From Patellaria atrata CBS 101060 (taxonomy: Eukaryota), in the NCBI GenBank assembly GCA_010093705.1, contig MU006091.1, positions 434,001-498,000 on the forward strand: a stretch of 64,000 bases of DNA, given 5' to 3'. Of the stretch, positions 37,501 to 48,550 are shown piece by piece. The position numbers and the translations under genes are program-made. Within the stretch, counting starts at the first letter, position 1. Each line of letters opens with the position of its first letter. The notes under the pieces are model-generated. The model ran no database searches, had not been told where the DNA came from, and saw nothing but the letters and a program-made list of their open reading frames with translations.

Positions 37501-38166
37501 ATGCCCCTTAGGCGGGAACTCCCGAAGAGGGATCTGGAGTCTGGTATATCCCGCCACGTTGCACGAAATCATAAAATACAGGAAAAATTTGCGGGTACAA
37601 AGGGTAAGGTAGCACTTACGTATGGAAGCATGTACCATTATCATAGCTGCGGGTTTTACGATTCTCACGAGAACATTTTTCTTTTTCGGACTTCTTGTAT
37701 ATATTATCGAATCGACGAATAAAGATCCGTACTGGTTCTTCTGATCCTGTAGTGATTTGTTCAAGTTTACCATCGGGACTCTGCGTTCGTTTACACCCGT
37801 TACTGTGGTGTGCGCTGGGGTGCCGTACGGTATGTTGATTCGTACGGTCGGGTCGTCTGGTTGGCTTGTGCTGTACTGTCAGTTCATTTGTACAGTCGGT
37901 CTAAACTACACAGTTTAAGTGAAGTATCATATGATATTCGACAGAGCAAATAAGTAAGCATAATATACAAGCGGCGTTCACTTCAATCTCCCACCAAAGA
38001 ACTCACACTACACTCCTATCAACCAACCTCAAAACCCTATCCAACCACACAAACACGGTCACAAAACAGCACCATGGTGTCCCACGGCGAACCCTGGTAA
38101 CCCCAAACTCCACCCACACAACCCGCACACACGCCTATATCCCAAATATATACCGTACAGCCCGAC

Positions 38167-40398
38167 CTACTTGAGCATATACCCCCAATCTGGCAACCCC
38201 TCCAATACCGCCCTCAGCACCTCGCCCACCTCGTCCCCGCCACCCGCTTCCGTACCAGGGACCTCCGTCCGCGCGTTCCTCGACGACGGGCCGGGACGAG
38301 GTGCGGTGAAGAAGGGCGAGGTGCTGGTCGAGCGGGGCATGAATGGTTTGAGTGGGGTTGCGAAACCTGGAGCGGGGGGCTCGAGGGGCGATTGGACCAT
38401 TTCGCCCCAATCGTCGTCGTCGTTGTCGGTTGGCGGAGGGGGGGAGGTGTGCGTCGGAGACAGTGCGACGATGGGTCGGGCAGTTGGGAGTGGTGGATCG
38501 CCTAGCTCCGCTGATGGTGTGGTTGCGGACGATAGTGTGGTGTCGAGGGAGGGGAAGTACGAGGGTCGTGGTGGTACGGTGGATGTGTTTTGCGTTGGGA
38601 AGGATGGGGGAGGAGGGAGGGAGGGGGATTGAACCATGTCGCCCCAGTCGTCCTCGTCGTCGGTGTTTTGGAAGGTGTTGGGTGGTTTCTTGGGTACAGG
38701 GTCGAGGTGTGGAAGATCGGGTTTATAGACAAGTTCGCCGTCGGAACCGTGAGTAGATACATAGGGAGGAGGGTTGAGGGGTGGTGATTGTAGAGTCGCT
38801 TCTGAAAGAGGTGAGAGGGGACCCCAGGGGTTGGTATCCATCGGTGTTTTGTATGCAGTAGGAATGCTATTGGAAAACATCCCGTCCTGATTACCGCCGT
38901 TCGGTTCTTTTGAGACAGACGATGCTGAGATTTCGTTCTCATCGAAGGCCATGGAAAGAGGCCTCGAAAGACTCGATCTTCTACTAGAAACCCCGGTAGG
39001 ATGGTCAATCTTTGGGGCTACCGTCGACGACCATGTAAATGTTGCACCGCTATCGAGAGACTTCCTACCATCTATGGGAGAACTGGTGCTCCAGGCAAAA
39101 TTAGCCATCGCTGTATCCTTAGAAGATGTTCTGTGATGAGTAAATTCCGTAGAATGCCGGTTTTCGGATGTGATGGGAACATCTTGAGAGGGCCGGTTTG
39201 CAACGATACTTTGTGTCTGGGACGCACTAGGAATCTGCACTTGTTGATCCCACCCAAACATTGCGGATGGTCTTTGCCCAAGACTCGCTTTGCCGAATAT
39301 ACGATTCTCAGACGCCCAACGTGAAACAATCTTATTCGTTTCCGCCTGGACTGCAGAACCGGACCATGTGACGCGAGCATAAGAATTTACGTCTTTGCCA
39401 CTGTTGAACTCTCTCAATGTATCTCTTCTCGTGATGCGATACCATGCTTTACGCGTCGATGTGGATGATATCGGGCTTTCACTTGGGTACGGAAGTTTGT
39501 TTTCTAAAGGTATGGACCATATCTTACTGATGAGGGAAATGTCCACGCTGGATGGGAGTGTAACGGACTTGTTGTCCTTGTAAGTAGCTGAAGATTGAGA
39601 GAATTCGCGCATATGCCCGTGAACTTGAGCGGAAGCCATTGTTGATTGTTGATCGGGATCGCTTCTCCCTTCGGACGACTCGAAATCTCTTGTAGTATGA
39701 GCAGCCCATTTCTCTTCCTCTTGCATAGATATTGATTGTCCAGACAAAGTCTCCGGCTCCAATTTATCCTCCATGGTATGAAACCTGTATTCTTCAAGCG
39801 ATGTACGAGCAGAATCTAGGCCTGGATCGACGTGACTTAATTCAGAGGGTGAGGTAGAGGGTCTTGTAGAATCATCTTCCTCCCCGGAAACCTTAGCGCC
39901 ACTTAATCCTTCCGGTACCCCTGTCTTGGGTGAATGCGCGACATTAACATTCTCAGTTACCGTGATGTCCAAAGAGACAACCGGAGCCGAATGTCGCTCG
40001 TCCAGATTCGATATAGAAGAGGTCACGGAGCGTGCCTCACGCCCTTTAACCGAATCTTCTTCCCTACTATCTACACTATCCCCATGATATAGTGCGTCTT
40101 CCCTCTCTTCAATAGCTGTCTCCTCTTCTGTCACCGCAGTTTCGGTCGGCCGGACATCCTCCTCTTCCCTTTCCTCTTCTTGCCGCACCTCAGCGAAATC
40201 CGAGTCCTCCCATCCCCTAGAGCCTTCCTCCCCAGTAATTCCCCACTGAGCTTCATCCTCGAATCCCTCAAGTACACTTGCCTGCGTCTTATGCGCAGTA
40301 TTCCCAACTCCAAACCCCTTTATCGACAGCTGTGGCAGTTGTGGTAACGGGGACTTCTTCTCCGCATCGTCGGCCCATGGATCTCCCCAATCATCCAT
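38167..40398 (-). CDS. Conserved-looking fungal protein, aftiphilin/AP-1 accessory-like
   Basis: 743-aa intronless ORF with MDDWGDPW, a WYRITR..TLREFNSG..RVTW..KIVSRW core, two DDWG(D/E)MV motifs and terminal VLEGLPDWGYML. Confidence 0.75.
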   Translation of the reverse strand: MDDWGDPWADDAEKKSPLPQLPQLSIKGFGVGNTAHKTQASVLEGFEDEAQWGITGEEGSRGWEDSDFAEVRQEEEREEEDVRPTETAVTEEETAIEEREDALYHGDSVDSREEDSVKGREARSVTSSISNLDERHSAPVVSLDITVTENVNVAHSPKTGVPEGLSGAKVSGEEDDSTRPSTSPSELSHVDPGLDSARTSLEEYRFHTMEDKLEPETLSGQSISMQEEEKWAAHTTRDFESSEGRSDPDQQSTMASAQVHGHMREFSQSSATYKDNKSVTLPSSVDISLISKIWSIPLENKLPYPSESPISSTSTRKAWYRITRRDTLREFNSGKDVNSYARVTWSGSAVQAETNKIVSRWASENRIFGKASLGQRPSAMFGWDQQVQIPSASQTQSIVANRPSQDVPITSENRHSTEFTHHRTSSKDTAMANFAWSTSSPIDGRKSLDSGATFTWSSTVAPKIDHPTGVSSRRSSLSRPLSMAFDENEISASSVSKEPNGGNQDGMFSNSIPTAYKTPMDTNPWGPLSPLSEATLQSPPLNPPPYVSTHGSDGELVYKPDLPHLDPVPKKPPNTFQNTDDEDDWGDMVQSPSLPPPPSFPTQNTSTVPPRPSYFPSLDTTLSSATTPSAELGDPPLPTARPIVALSPTHTSPPPPTDNDDDDWGEMVQSPLEPPAPGFATPLKPFMPRSTSTSPFFTAPRPGPSSRNARTEVPGTEAGGGDEVGEVLRAVLEGLPDWGYMLK

Positions 40399-40589
40399 GA
40401 TGGGACATCTGCGATGGGCTTCATTATGCCGCGGCGGGATATCGCATTGATAGAGCGGAGTATGGAGGGAGGTTGACGTTCAAGGAGAAGAAGTTGCTGC
40501 CAACTAGAACTGGTTTAGGTTCTTGCCGAGAGCCCGAGAAATTGTTTTCCCCAGATTTAGCTTCCGCCCCTTGTCCGGTTCCTCGGCGC

Positions 40590-41420
40590 TAACTTGATCT
40601 TCGTTCGCGTCTCACTTCATCACGCTCGAGAAGAGAAGTGAACTTCGCATCTAATTCATATCGCACATCTATCCTCGAGATTTCTTTCCGAGATCTTAGA
40701 TCACTATATCAATTATCTATTTACTAACAGTTGAGCAAAAAACCAAAAGAATTTTTTGAGTTATTAAAGATTTCGAACATGGCTCGTGCGTTAACACGAC
40801 TTTTCTTAATTTCTTTCTCATCTCGTGAAGAGAAACTGAACTTCATTACCAAAAATTCGTATCGCACATGGATCTTCCAGATATTTTACCGAGATCTTGA
40901 ATAATAGTATAAATTACTTCTTTACTAGCTCCTGAAGCAACGGACGAAAAAAAAAATCATGCGTTAAGGAAAAAGACTTGGAAGGTATACTCTAGCATAT
41001 ATCTTATGCAAGATTTCATATATGGCTCGTGCTCCCACTTTCACATCTCATCATGTAAGGAGAAAGTAAACTTCATTATCAAAAAATTCATATCGCACAC
41101 GGATCATCTAGTTTTTTTATGGAGATCTCATATAATCGTATCAAACATTTCTATACCGGCTCTTGCACCAAAGGATCAAAAAAAAATCATGCGTTTAAGG
41201 GGAACCGTTCATAGAAAGTATTGTGCCAATGCTGTATATAGCTCGTGCGTTACCGTCGTCCTCCCCGCCAGTGCAGAGAAAACTGAACTTCCCCATCCAA
41301 AAATCCACATCGCACATGAATCCTAAAGATATTTTTCCGCGGTCTCATATAATCATACCAAATACCTCCTTTACCAACCGTTAAGCGAAAGACCACAAAA
41401 TTCCTTGCGTTTCAAGAACG
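40590..41420. repeat. Degenerate tandem array of four ~200-230 bp units
   Basis: ATCGCACA at 40660, 40861, 41092 and 41309, each preceded by GAGAA..(G/A)AACTTC. GAGATCT, GCTCGTGC and AAAATCATGCGTT recur in register. Confidence 0.85.
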
Positions 41421-42095
41421 AGCGTTTACATATTAGCAGCCTTCCAGTCGCGCGCCAGACGGAACCGTCAAAAGTCAGAATACTCACTGACGTTTTATGT
41501 ACAGCTTCCACTACTACGGATCCGTATAGACGTCATTCTGACATGTGATGTAACAACCGATTGTCTCCCTACTCTTCGCAAACCCGGTACTGTAATCGCT
41601 CGAGTCAATATAGTGTCGTCTATACCCAAGCGCGTACCGCACTGCACCGTGCAACCTAGACGCAAAACTTCATCCCTATAGACCCGAGGAGTGCCAGAAA
41701 GGACTTAGGCGATATGTATAGCTCAGTTGTAAGCTTAAAGTGCTCGTGATGAGACTGTACAGCCACTCTGCACTCTACCACTCGTAGCTCGAACGTGACA
41801 ATCGCAATTGAGAATGTCATTATATAGGTCTAGTATATAGTTATTGACAGGGACTGGGCATACGGTTCGTGTAGAGTAGTCTTGCGAAGCTTCCCATAGA
41901 TCACCAACTCAAAGTAACACGTAGATCTCGGACGGGGAGAAGAGTAACCAGTACTCTTCCTCTACTTGAATCAACTCAACATACAAGGTCGTACTGTACA
42001 ACAAGCATTTACAATCCAAAAACCGCATCCCTAGATAACTCCTAGACTTGACATACCATAACCAGAGAAAGCATATCCACAGCCCACAAGCCTTA

Positions 42096-44296
42096 CTAAA
42101 AATACGGCAAACAATCCGGACAATACAACTTGGTCCAATCCAACCCATTCTCCAGTTTCCACCTCTGAACCGTAATATCTGTCCTACAGTGACTACAATG
42201 CGTGTAGAGCAACTCGTTCGCACAGCCCGTCCCGCTCTTACCCGCATACGTCTGGACCTCAACCTGAGGTCTGATCTGGAGCTCCTGCCTCAGCCCAGCC
42301 GACTCAACCTGCGCCCTCTCCGCCGCCGCCTTCGTGCTCTCCAACTCCGACCTCGTGCTCTGGAGTCGCCGTTCGAACTTCGATTGTATAGTTGCGACTG
42401 CAGCGTGGCCTTCACGTTCCATGCGCAAGACCATCATGCGCAGATTCTCTTTGTCCTTGGCCGCCGTCTTAGACTGCTCTTTCATGTCTTTCTCCAACTT
42501 CTCCCTGACTCTCGCGTTTTCTTTATCTCTCTTTGCCATCTCCCTTTGCATTGCTTCTTCCTTTCGAGCGAGCTCCTTTTGGTGGATCTCGCGCTCCTTT
42601 ACGGCTGTGCGAGCTTGCCTTTCCATCTCTGCTTTCAGTTCTGCGGCCCGAGTTTCGAGGAGACGCTTTTGGGACTCTTGGTTTTGGTGCAGTTTACGGA
42701 CGACGGTGGCATGGTCTGCTTTTAGTTGCTCTTCGAGGGCTTTGTTACCTGGAATTAAGTTAGCTGTGTTTGTGGAAAGTAAGATGCTTTGCAGAAGGGG
42801 TATTGGTCGGCTAGGAACATTAATAGACAGACTGTGTTCACCCTCAGATGCATATCACTGTTGATGGGAAAGTACTGAGAGCGTGGTACAAAATTAACTC
42901 ACTTTGTCTGATCGCCAAATCCGTTTCTTCCTTGAGCAGTTCTAGTTCCTCTTGGTGCTTCTTTTGCATTCTCAATAGCTCTTCATTTATGCTTTCTCCG
43001 GCGTCTGTCTCCATGAGCGATTTATTCTCTACTGACATCTCTGACTGGATCTTGAGCACAATAGGACTTCTCTTCATGATCCCCCTAATAACAGCTAGAG
43101 CAGACTCATTGGTATTAGTATGACGCATTATACTTGACCCTCTAGCAATCATGCTCGCCCAAGGTCCTCCTGGGGCACTAAGTTCAGTTTCTCTTGCGTT
43201 TCCTAAAGAATTCTCCACCACATCCCAATGTGTAGTTGCTAGGATGACACTAGAGAGATTATCATCACCGCAAAGCTTCCGGAACATTTTGAGGTTCTTG
43301 ATTGAGGATCCAGTGTATCGATTGTCGGTGATTCGGTGGAGATAAATGATACCGGAGAGAAACATCTCGTCTTCGAAGGATGTTTGCATCCATGCCGCTA
43401 TGCGGGACAATATTTCTGTATCACTTTCATTGCTGTCGTCGAAGCCTGGTGTGTCAACAAGGACGACATCCTGATTGTCAACTTTGATAGGGATTTCCTG
43501 GATAGTCGATGTGCCTATCAGTGAATAGATGTTAGTAGAACACTTGGTACTTCAACAAGTGTCTATTTCTTTGTGGTACTGGCTCATTAGACTTACAAGA
43601 TTTCAATTTATGTCCCACCTTGGCTTGGCCGTCTGTGATCTGAGAAATGAAAGAAGATTTTCCCGCCCCAGTCAATCCGCAGACAGCGATGGCAATAGTC
43701 TTTGATGTTCTTCGAGACTTAGCATCCCCTCTAGGTTGAGTAGATTTGAGGCGATTAGCTGCGTCAATAACTCTAGGCTTTGACACGCGTAGGGCTTGCT
43801 CGTCCGTTCGCTTGTAGTTTTTGCTCTGTTGTTCTTTTTCCGAGACGCTGGCTCGTGTCGACTGAAAAGATGAAACACTTGATGATGATGACGGCTGAGT
43901 TGAATGGGATGATGATGAAGAAGTCCTGCGAGAGACATTTGATGATAATAACGGAGATTTCGGTGAGTGAGGTGCCGGTGATGACTGGATTTTTATAGGC
44001 TCCATCATCGATCGACCTTGAACTGACGTATTATTTGGTAAAATAGGTAGGTTCTTATAAAAGCCGTGTTCCTGGGGTTGTTTCAAGTGAGATTGCATCT
44101 GAGGAGACTCGATTCTTTTGTTTCCATACTGTCCAAGAGATCCAGATAGTGGTGGTTCAGCAACTTCAACGACGAATTTATCGCTGTATCCTGTATCCTT
44201 GGTCTCATAAGGACCAACGACCATCTTGTCGCTATACCCAGTGTAATCATGAGTCTTTGTGCTTTTGAATAACCTTGACATGGTTGGTGCTAGCAT
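42096..44296 (-). CDS. P-loop GTPase (AIG1/GIMAP/MMR_HSR1-like) with coiled coil and C-terminal CxxC..CxxC
   Basis: IAVCGLTGAGKSSFI (G1), VGHKLKSC|T (G2), LVDTPGFDD (G3), LSGIIYLHRITDNR and LATTHWD (G4). Introns 43515-43596 and 42749-42902. Confidence 0.88.
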
Positions 44297-45500
44297 TGTG
44301 CGAAGGGTTTGTTATAATTATTTAGAAAGTGACTATTTTATGATGAATGACAAAATAGTAAGTCTCTAGATGCAAAGACTATCTTGAAAAAACATAATAT
44401 GAACTAGGAGAAGAGTTGTATATTACCTTTATTTGTATTTGTACTTGTACTGCACAGCAAGCGCCATAAATCTGCCATAGGGCAATGGTGTATCGGAGGA
44501 ACATGCACCATTCTCCTTAAACAGCTGTAATCCCTTAGCTGAAACAGAATTGGGATCGTTTGGGCGAGCTCAAGCAAGAGCAAAAACGCCATTTGTGAAA
44601 CTTCTGGGGCCAAAACTTTACCATAGCATCCACAGAACGGTCTTTTCCAATCACGAAAAGCGGTAATATCTCCATTATATAGCTTCAGGATATTCTGGAA
44701 TAACGAATAAAACAAGAAAAAAGTTTGTTCGATATTAGAGAGCACGCGATTAAGGAGTCTGTTTCTACTTACGAAATATGAGGTGGCGATTCCTATGAAA
44801 TCTGACCAGAAGACCTACTGGTGTGAATTACCTGAGAACAGTAGAACGAGGAGGAATATGCGAAAACAGAGAATAAGTTTCAGCCTTGTATGTTAGCAGT
44901 GTGTATTTATACATACTCTTTAAACATGTAAAATGATTGGATACATGCATAAAATTAGCGCCGAGCATCTTTCGTTTCGAGATTGACGGAACTCGCATCA
45001 ACATTCTGTGCGATTGGGACATGATTATATTGTATCCGCAAGCTAGACCGTTCAGCCAAACGATCACCTAGAGATATCTTCGTTTTCATAGTTAAGAAGG
45101 ACGATGTGAAGTTAAGGTTGAGATTGGGTTGTTCTAGGGGGGACCGAAGTGGGACATGACGGTTACGCTAATACCGAAAGGTTTGGTTGATATGCTTCGA
45201 CAGGAACTGTTCCTCACTCTAAAGAGATGAAATAGTTCCATCAGGTCGGGTATACATTAGTGTTGTAATCAACGCTCTCATTACAATTAGAGTTTATATG
45301 TCCATATGGCCACCTCTCCTCGGTTGCTGCACGCTATAGTTACTGGACATTGCAGCGGCATACTATTTCACTTTTGACCCCACATTACACTTTATTGGGC
45401 AGATTATTTGGGTCAAAATGCTTTAAAGTTAAGGACATAGTAACGGTAGAGCGTGACGATAATGGAAGGGTAAACATTTTCTCTACTCCGTACTAACTAT

Positions 45501-47039
45501 CTAATTCTTAATCTCAACTTTTTCATCACCATCCAAACTCGGCTTCTTCTCACTTCCCTCCTCTTCATCCTTCATTCTCTCAGCAATGTCAGTCTGCAGA
45601 CCCGCCGCCTTCTCTAGCTCAAAATGCCTTCCTTTCCTCTCAGGTCCAAAAGCAGCAGTGACAGCGATGCCCATAGCAATGATCGCAGTAGCAATGCCCA
45701 TGGTGGGTCCGTACGCCTCAACTCTGTCGCCCATATGGTTCTTCAAAAAGTGAGACTCTGCAATCGCGTTGACGATCTGCGCCGATGGAGATGAAATCAT
45801 GTTGCCGATCTGATAAGTCAGACCCGGGAATAACGAGCGGAAAGCGGGCGGGGAGAGTTCGTTAAGATGGATGGGAATGACGCCCCAGGCACCCTGAACG
45901 AAGAATTGCATAAAAAAGCCTGAAGCCGATAGCCCACGTTCGGAGGTAGGGAGGATCCACGCGGGGATCATGAGGCCAGAAAGCAGCGCTGCGCAGACGA
46001 TGGTCCTACGCCGACCGAACCATTGGGAGAGATATCCAATTATTGTACCGCCTACACAAGCACCGACTTTCATAATGATGGAGGCGCGGCTGGCGGGGCT
46101 ATTCTCCATGCCCTTCTCCGAGATCATGAAAGTGGTATAGGAGTCCTGCGAGGTGTGGGAATAGTAGTTGAACCAAGTCATGAGGATGACGCAGTAGATG
46201 GACAGTCGCCATTCCTTGCGGAGCATAGCCCTTGTCTCTTGCCAGAAGACACTGGGTGCTTTGGAACGCTTACCAGCCTTTCTGGCTTCGATAAACTGTT
46301 TCGATTCGGGAAAGAGACAGCGGATGAAACCGATCGCAATTGATAATCCAGCACCAATCCAGAAGACTGTCGTCCAGGTCGCTACCGCACCACCGACACC
46401 AAGATTAGCGCACGCTGCGATCACATACCCAAATGAGTAGCCTTGTTGCAGAATGCCAGACATCAGGCCACGAGCGTTGGTAGGACAGTTTTCGAGAGCC
46501 ATGGCGATAGCGTTACCATAGACGCCGCCCATAAAAAGTCCGAAGAGACTGCGCACCGCTAGGAACTGCGAAAATGTCGTACTATAGATTGTACCGATTT
46601 GGAGGATACCGAGCACAATCATGTTGATAACCATTGGCCATTTCCGACCAAACTTGTCACCTGCAAGACCAAAGAACGCAGCACCGACAGATCGTAGAAG
46701 CAAGGTCAAGGTAATGGCTGTTGTAATATCGGTTTTTGAGGTATCGTAGTACTTAGCAAGCTTGACTGTTTGAATAGACAGAGCGTGAAAGTCGAAGGCG
46801 TCGGCGGTCCAAGATAGAAAGCCCACAGTAAAGAAAAGCCAATTCAGTGGTGTCAACTGGCGTAGAAGAGTGAAGGGGTCTTCAAGGGGTTCTGGCGATT
46901 TCCATTCATAATGAGTCTCGCCGTAATCGTTGAAGATTTCGACTCTCTGCTTCCATCGGAAGAGGTCGCCCCAAGCCTGCTTCGCCGTAGCAAAAGTGCC
47001 CTTCGCATAAGGCTCTGCTGGTTCATGTTCGGCTGGCAT
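45501..47039 (-). CDS. JEN1: MFS carboxylic acid transporter (JEN1/sialate:H+ symporter family)
   Basis: WTADAFDF, LLLRSVGA..FG..GDKFGRKWP, ARGLMSGILQQGY and the signature NYYSHTSQDSYTT (NxxS/THxS/TQDxxxT), plus QGAWGVIPIHLNEL. Intronless; first ATG at 47039. The family is secure, exact orthology is not. Confidence 0.92.
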   Translation of the reverse strand: MPAEHEPAEPYAKGTFATAKQAWGDLFRWKQRVEIFNDYGETHYEWKSPEPLEDPFTLLRQLTPLNWLFFTVGFLSWTADAFDFHALSIQTVKLAKYYDTSKTDITTAITLTLLLRSVGAAFFGLAGDKFGRKWPMVINMIVLGILQIGTIYSTTFSQFLAVRSLFGLFMGGVYGNAIAMALENCPTNARGLMSGILQQGYSFGYVIAACANLGVGGAVATWTTVFWIGAGLSIAIGFIRCLFPESKQFIEARKAGKRSKAPSVFWQETRAMLRKEWRLSIYCVILMTWFNYYSHTSQDSYTTFMISEKGMENSPASRASIIMKVGACVGGTIIGYLSQWFGRRRTIVCAALLSGLMIPAWILPTSERGLSASGFFMQFFVQGAWGVIPIHLNELSPPAFRSLFPGLTYQIGNMISSPSAQIVNAIAESHFLKNHMGDRVEAYGPTMGIATAIIAMGIAVTAAFGPERKGRHFELEKAAGLQTDIAERMKDEEEGSEKKPSLDGDEKVEIKN

Positions 47040-47120
47040 GATGAACAATGAAGAGGAGTCAGATAGACTGAAATAAGTATAAAGTAAACTTACACTCTCA
47101 GATCACCCACGCTGGATATA

Positions 47121-47143
47121 ATAAAAAAGCTGGGGGCTGGGGG
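47121..47143. promoter_or_regulatory. Tandem CreA/Mig1-type sites upstream of the JEN1-like gene
   Basis: ATAAAAAAG-CTGGGG-G-CTGGGG gives two SYGGRG matches with an AT-rich flank, ~90 bp upstream of the ATG. Confidence 0.55.
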
Positions 47144-47841
47144 TTAAAGATGTAAAAAAGAGAGGTGAGGAAATTGGGAAGAGATGCATCTCATGTATTC
47201 TCACTTCTTCGTCAATGTTACATCGACAGGGCTCCATTCACAGGATCGGATCATACTGCTATCTTCGAGCCGATAGACAATCCCGTTCTATCTGTACTAC
47301 ACCACCAAAGCCAAGTCAAGCTAAGCAAGGCGGGACATGGCATTTAAACTTCAGAGAGCCGGGGAAGCAGTTGAAAGCTTCTGACGTGGGCGAAGAGTTG
47401 GCGCCAAGGTGATCTGATGATAATTCAACTCAATTTGAAGTCATGAGCACGATGAGGAAAAAGCAGACTTTGTAAGATCGACAAAGGTTGAAGAAATTGT
47501 TCCGTTTCCCATGGAGTATGTAGTGTACAAATGTATTAGTTCTATGCTTGATATTGTAGCACTGTGGTATGAGAGCTGTCCATGCGGTGAACAATTTGAA
47601 AGGGTACAGAAACTGTCGTGACTGTTGTACGTTGTACTGTACAGAACTCAAGGGACATTATTGCTCGTCTGTGAGGTGGGAAGGGGCAAAGGGGGGTTAA
47701 TGCTGGTTAAAGTCCGGCACAGATACTAAAGCAAGAGTTTGGCGGGGAAGCTTGAAGGCGCCACATGCGTGTCTCCGCATCTCCTTCTTCGGGGCCGAGA
47801 AGAAATAGTCCCTTGGTCCAGTAATGAATAAAAGGCTTTTC

Positions 47842-47871
47842 TTTGCTTGCATTTGCTTGCATTTGCTTGCA
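47842..47871. repeat. (TTTGCTTGCA)x3 tandem repeat
   Basis: Directly visible. Confidence 0.9.
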
Positions 47872-48550
47872 GCTGTCACTTGGCTGAGGTAAGAATGCTA
47901 AGGAGTCCTGTGCGCTCTTGCAGGTTGTTCGCCAAGAGCAGGCAATCCAAATGTTGTCGTTGATGGTGGCGGAACCAATTCCCATCACAACCTATTTCAG
48001 AAATGATGATGATGATTCCCGGTGGTATGTCGGCTTGAGATGACGGCCCAGGGGTTTACCGTACCCATTAATAAGTTTTTTTGCACGCAGACGTGCTTTG
48101 CGAGTCGTTTATCAGCTTTTACATGACTCGTTCATACATCTCATATGCTAGAATTATGGTCGTGCGGTGGATGGAATGCTGCCAATCGCAGTTCGACGGG
48201 GGTCGGCATCTGTGGTGTTGCATGCTCTCGCAGTCTAATAGCCCGACAGTCTGTCCGATCGAGGCAACGAGGTTATTGCCCGGGTATATGGAACTCGTGG
48301 CGAGATATCTCTGTTTTTGCTGATCATCCTACATTCAAGAGATGTGAGCGATTCAATCGCCTCTAGATCTTGATTGGCACAGACAACAATAACTGGGACG
48401 ACCTAGTATACTTAGTACGCTGACAGACGCTGGTGTGGTGACGGCTGATGGGATAATATTTTATCTCAACTTGAGTAAGGTAGGGTAAGGTATCTCGTTA
48501 ATCCATGAAGCTTGAGGGATGCTTTTGCTTCCCGATATTGACCCACGATC

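Noticed and set aside
40590..41420. CRISPR-like interpretation of the array
   Set aside because: Eukaryotic context, ~200-bp degenerate units, homologous rather than unique spacers, and no cas genes.
41715..41800. TAGCTCAGTTG, resembling a tRNA D-arm
   Set aside because: No T-arm GTTCRA at the right distance and no acceptor stem.
42048..42864. 225-aa and 176-aa plus-strand ORFs
   Set aside because: Antisense shadows of the GTPase coiled-coil exon.
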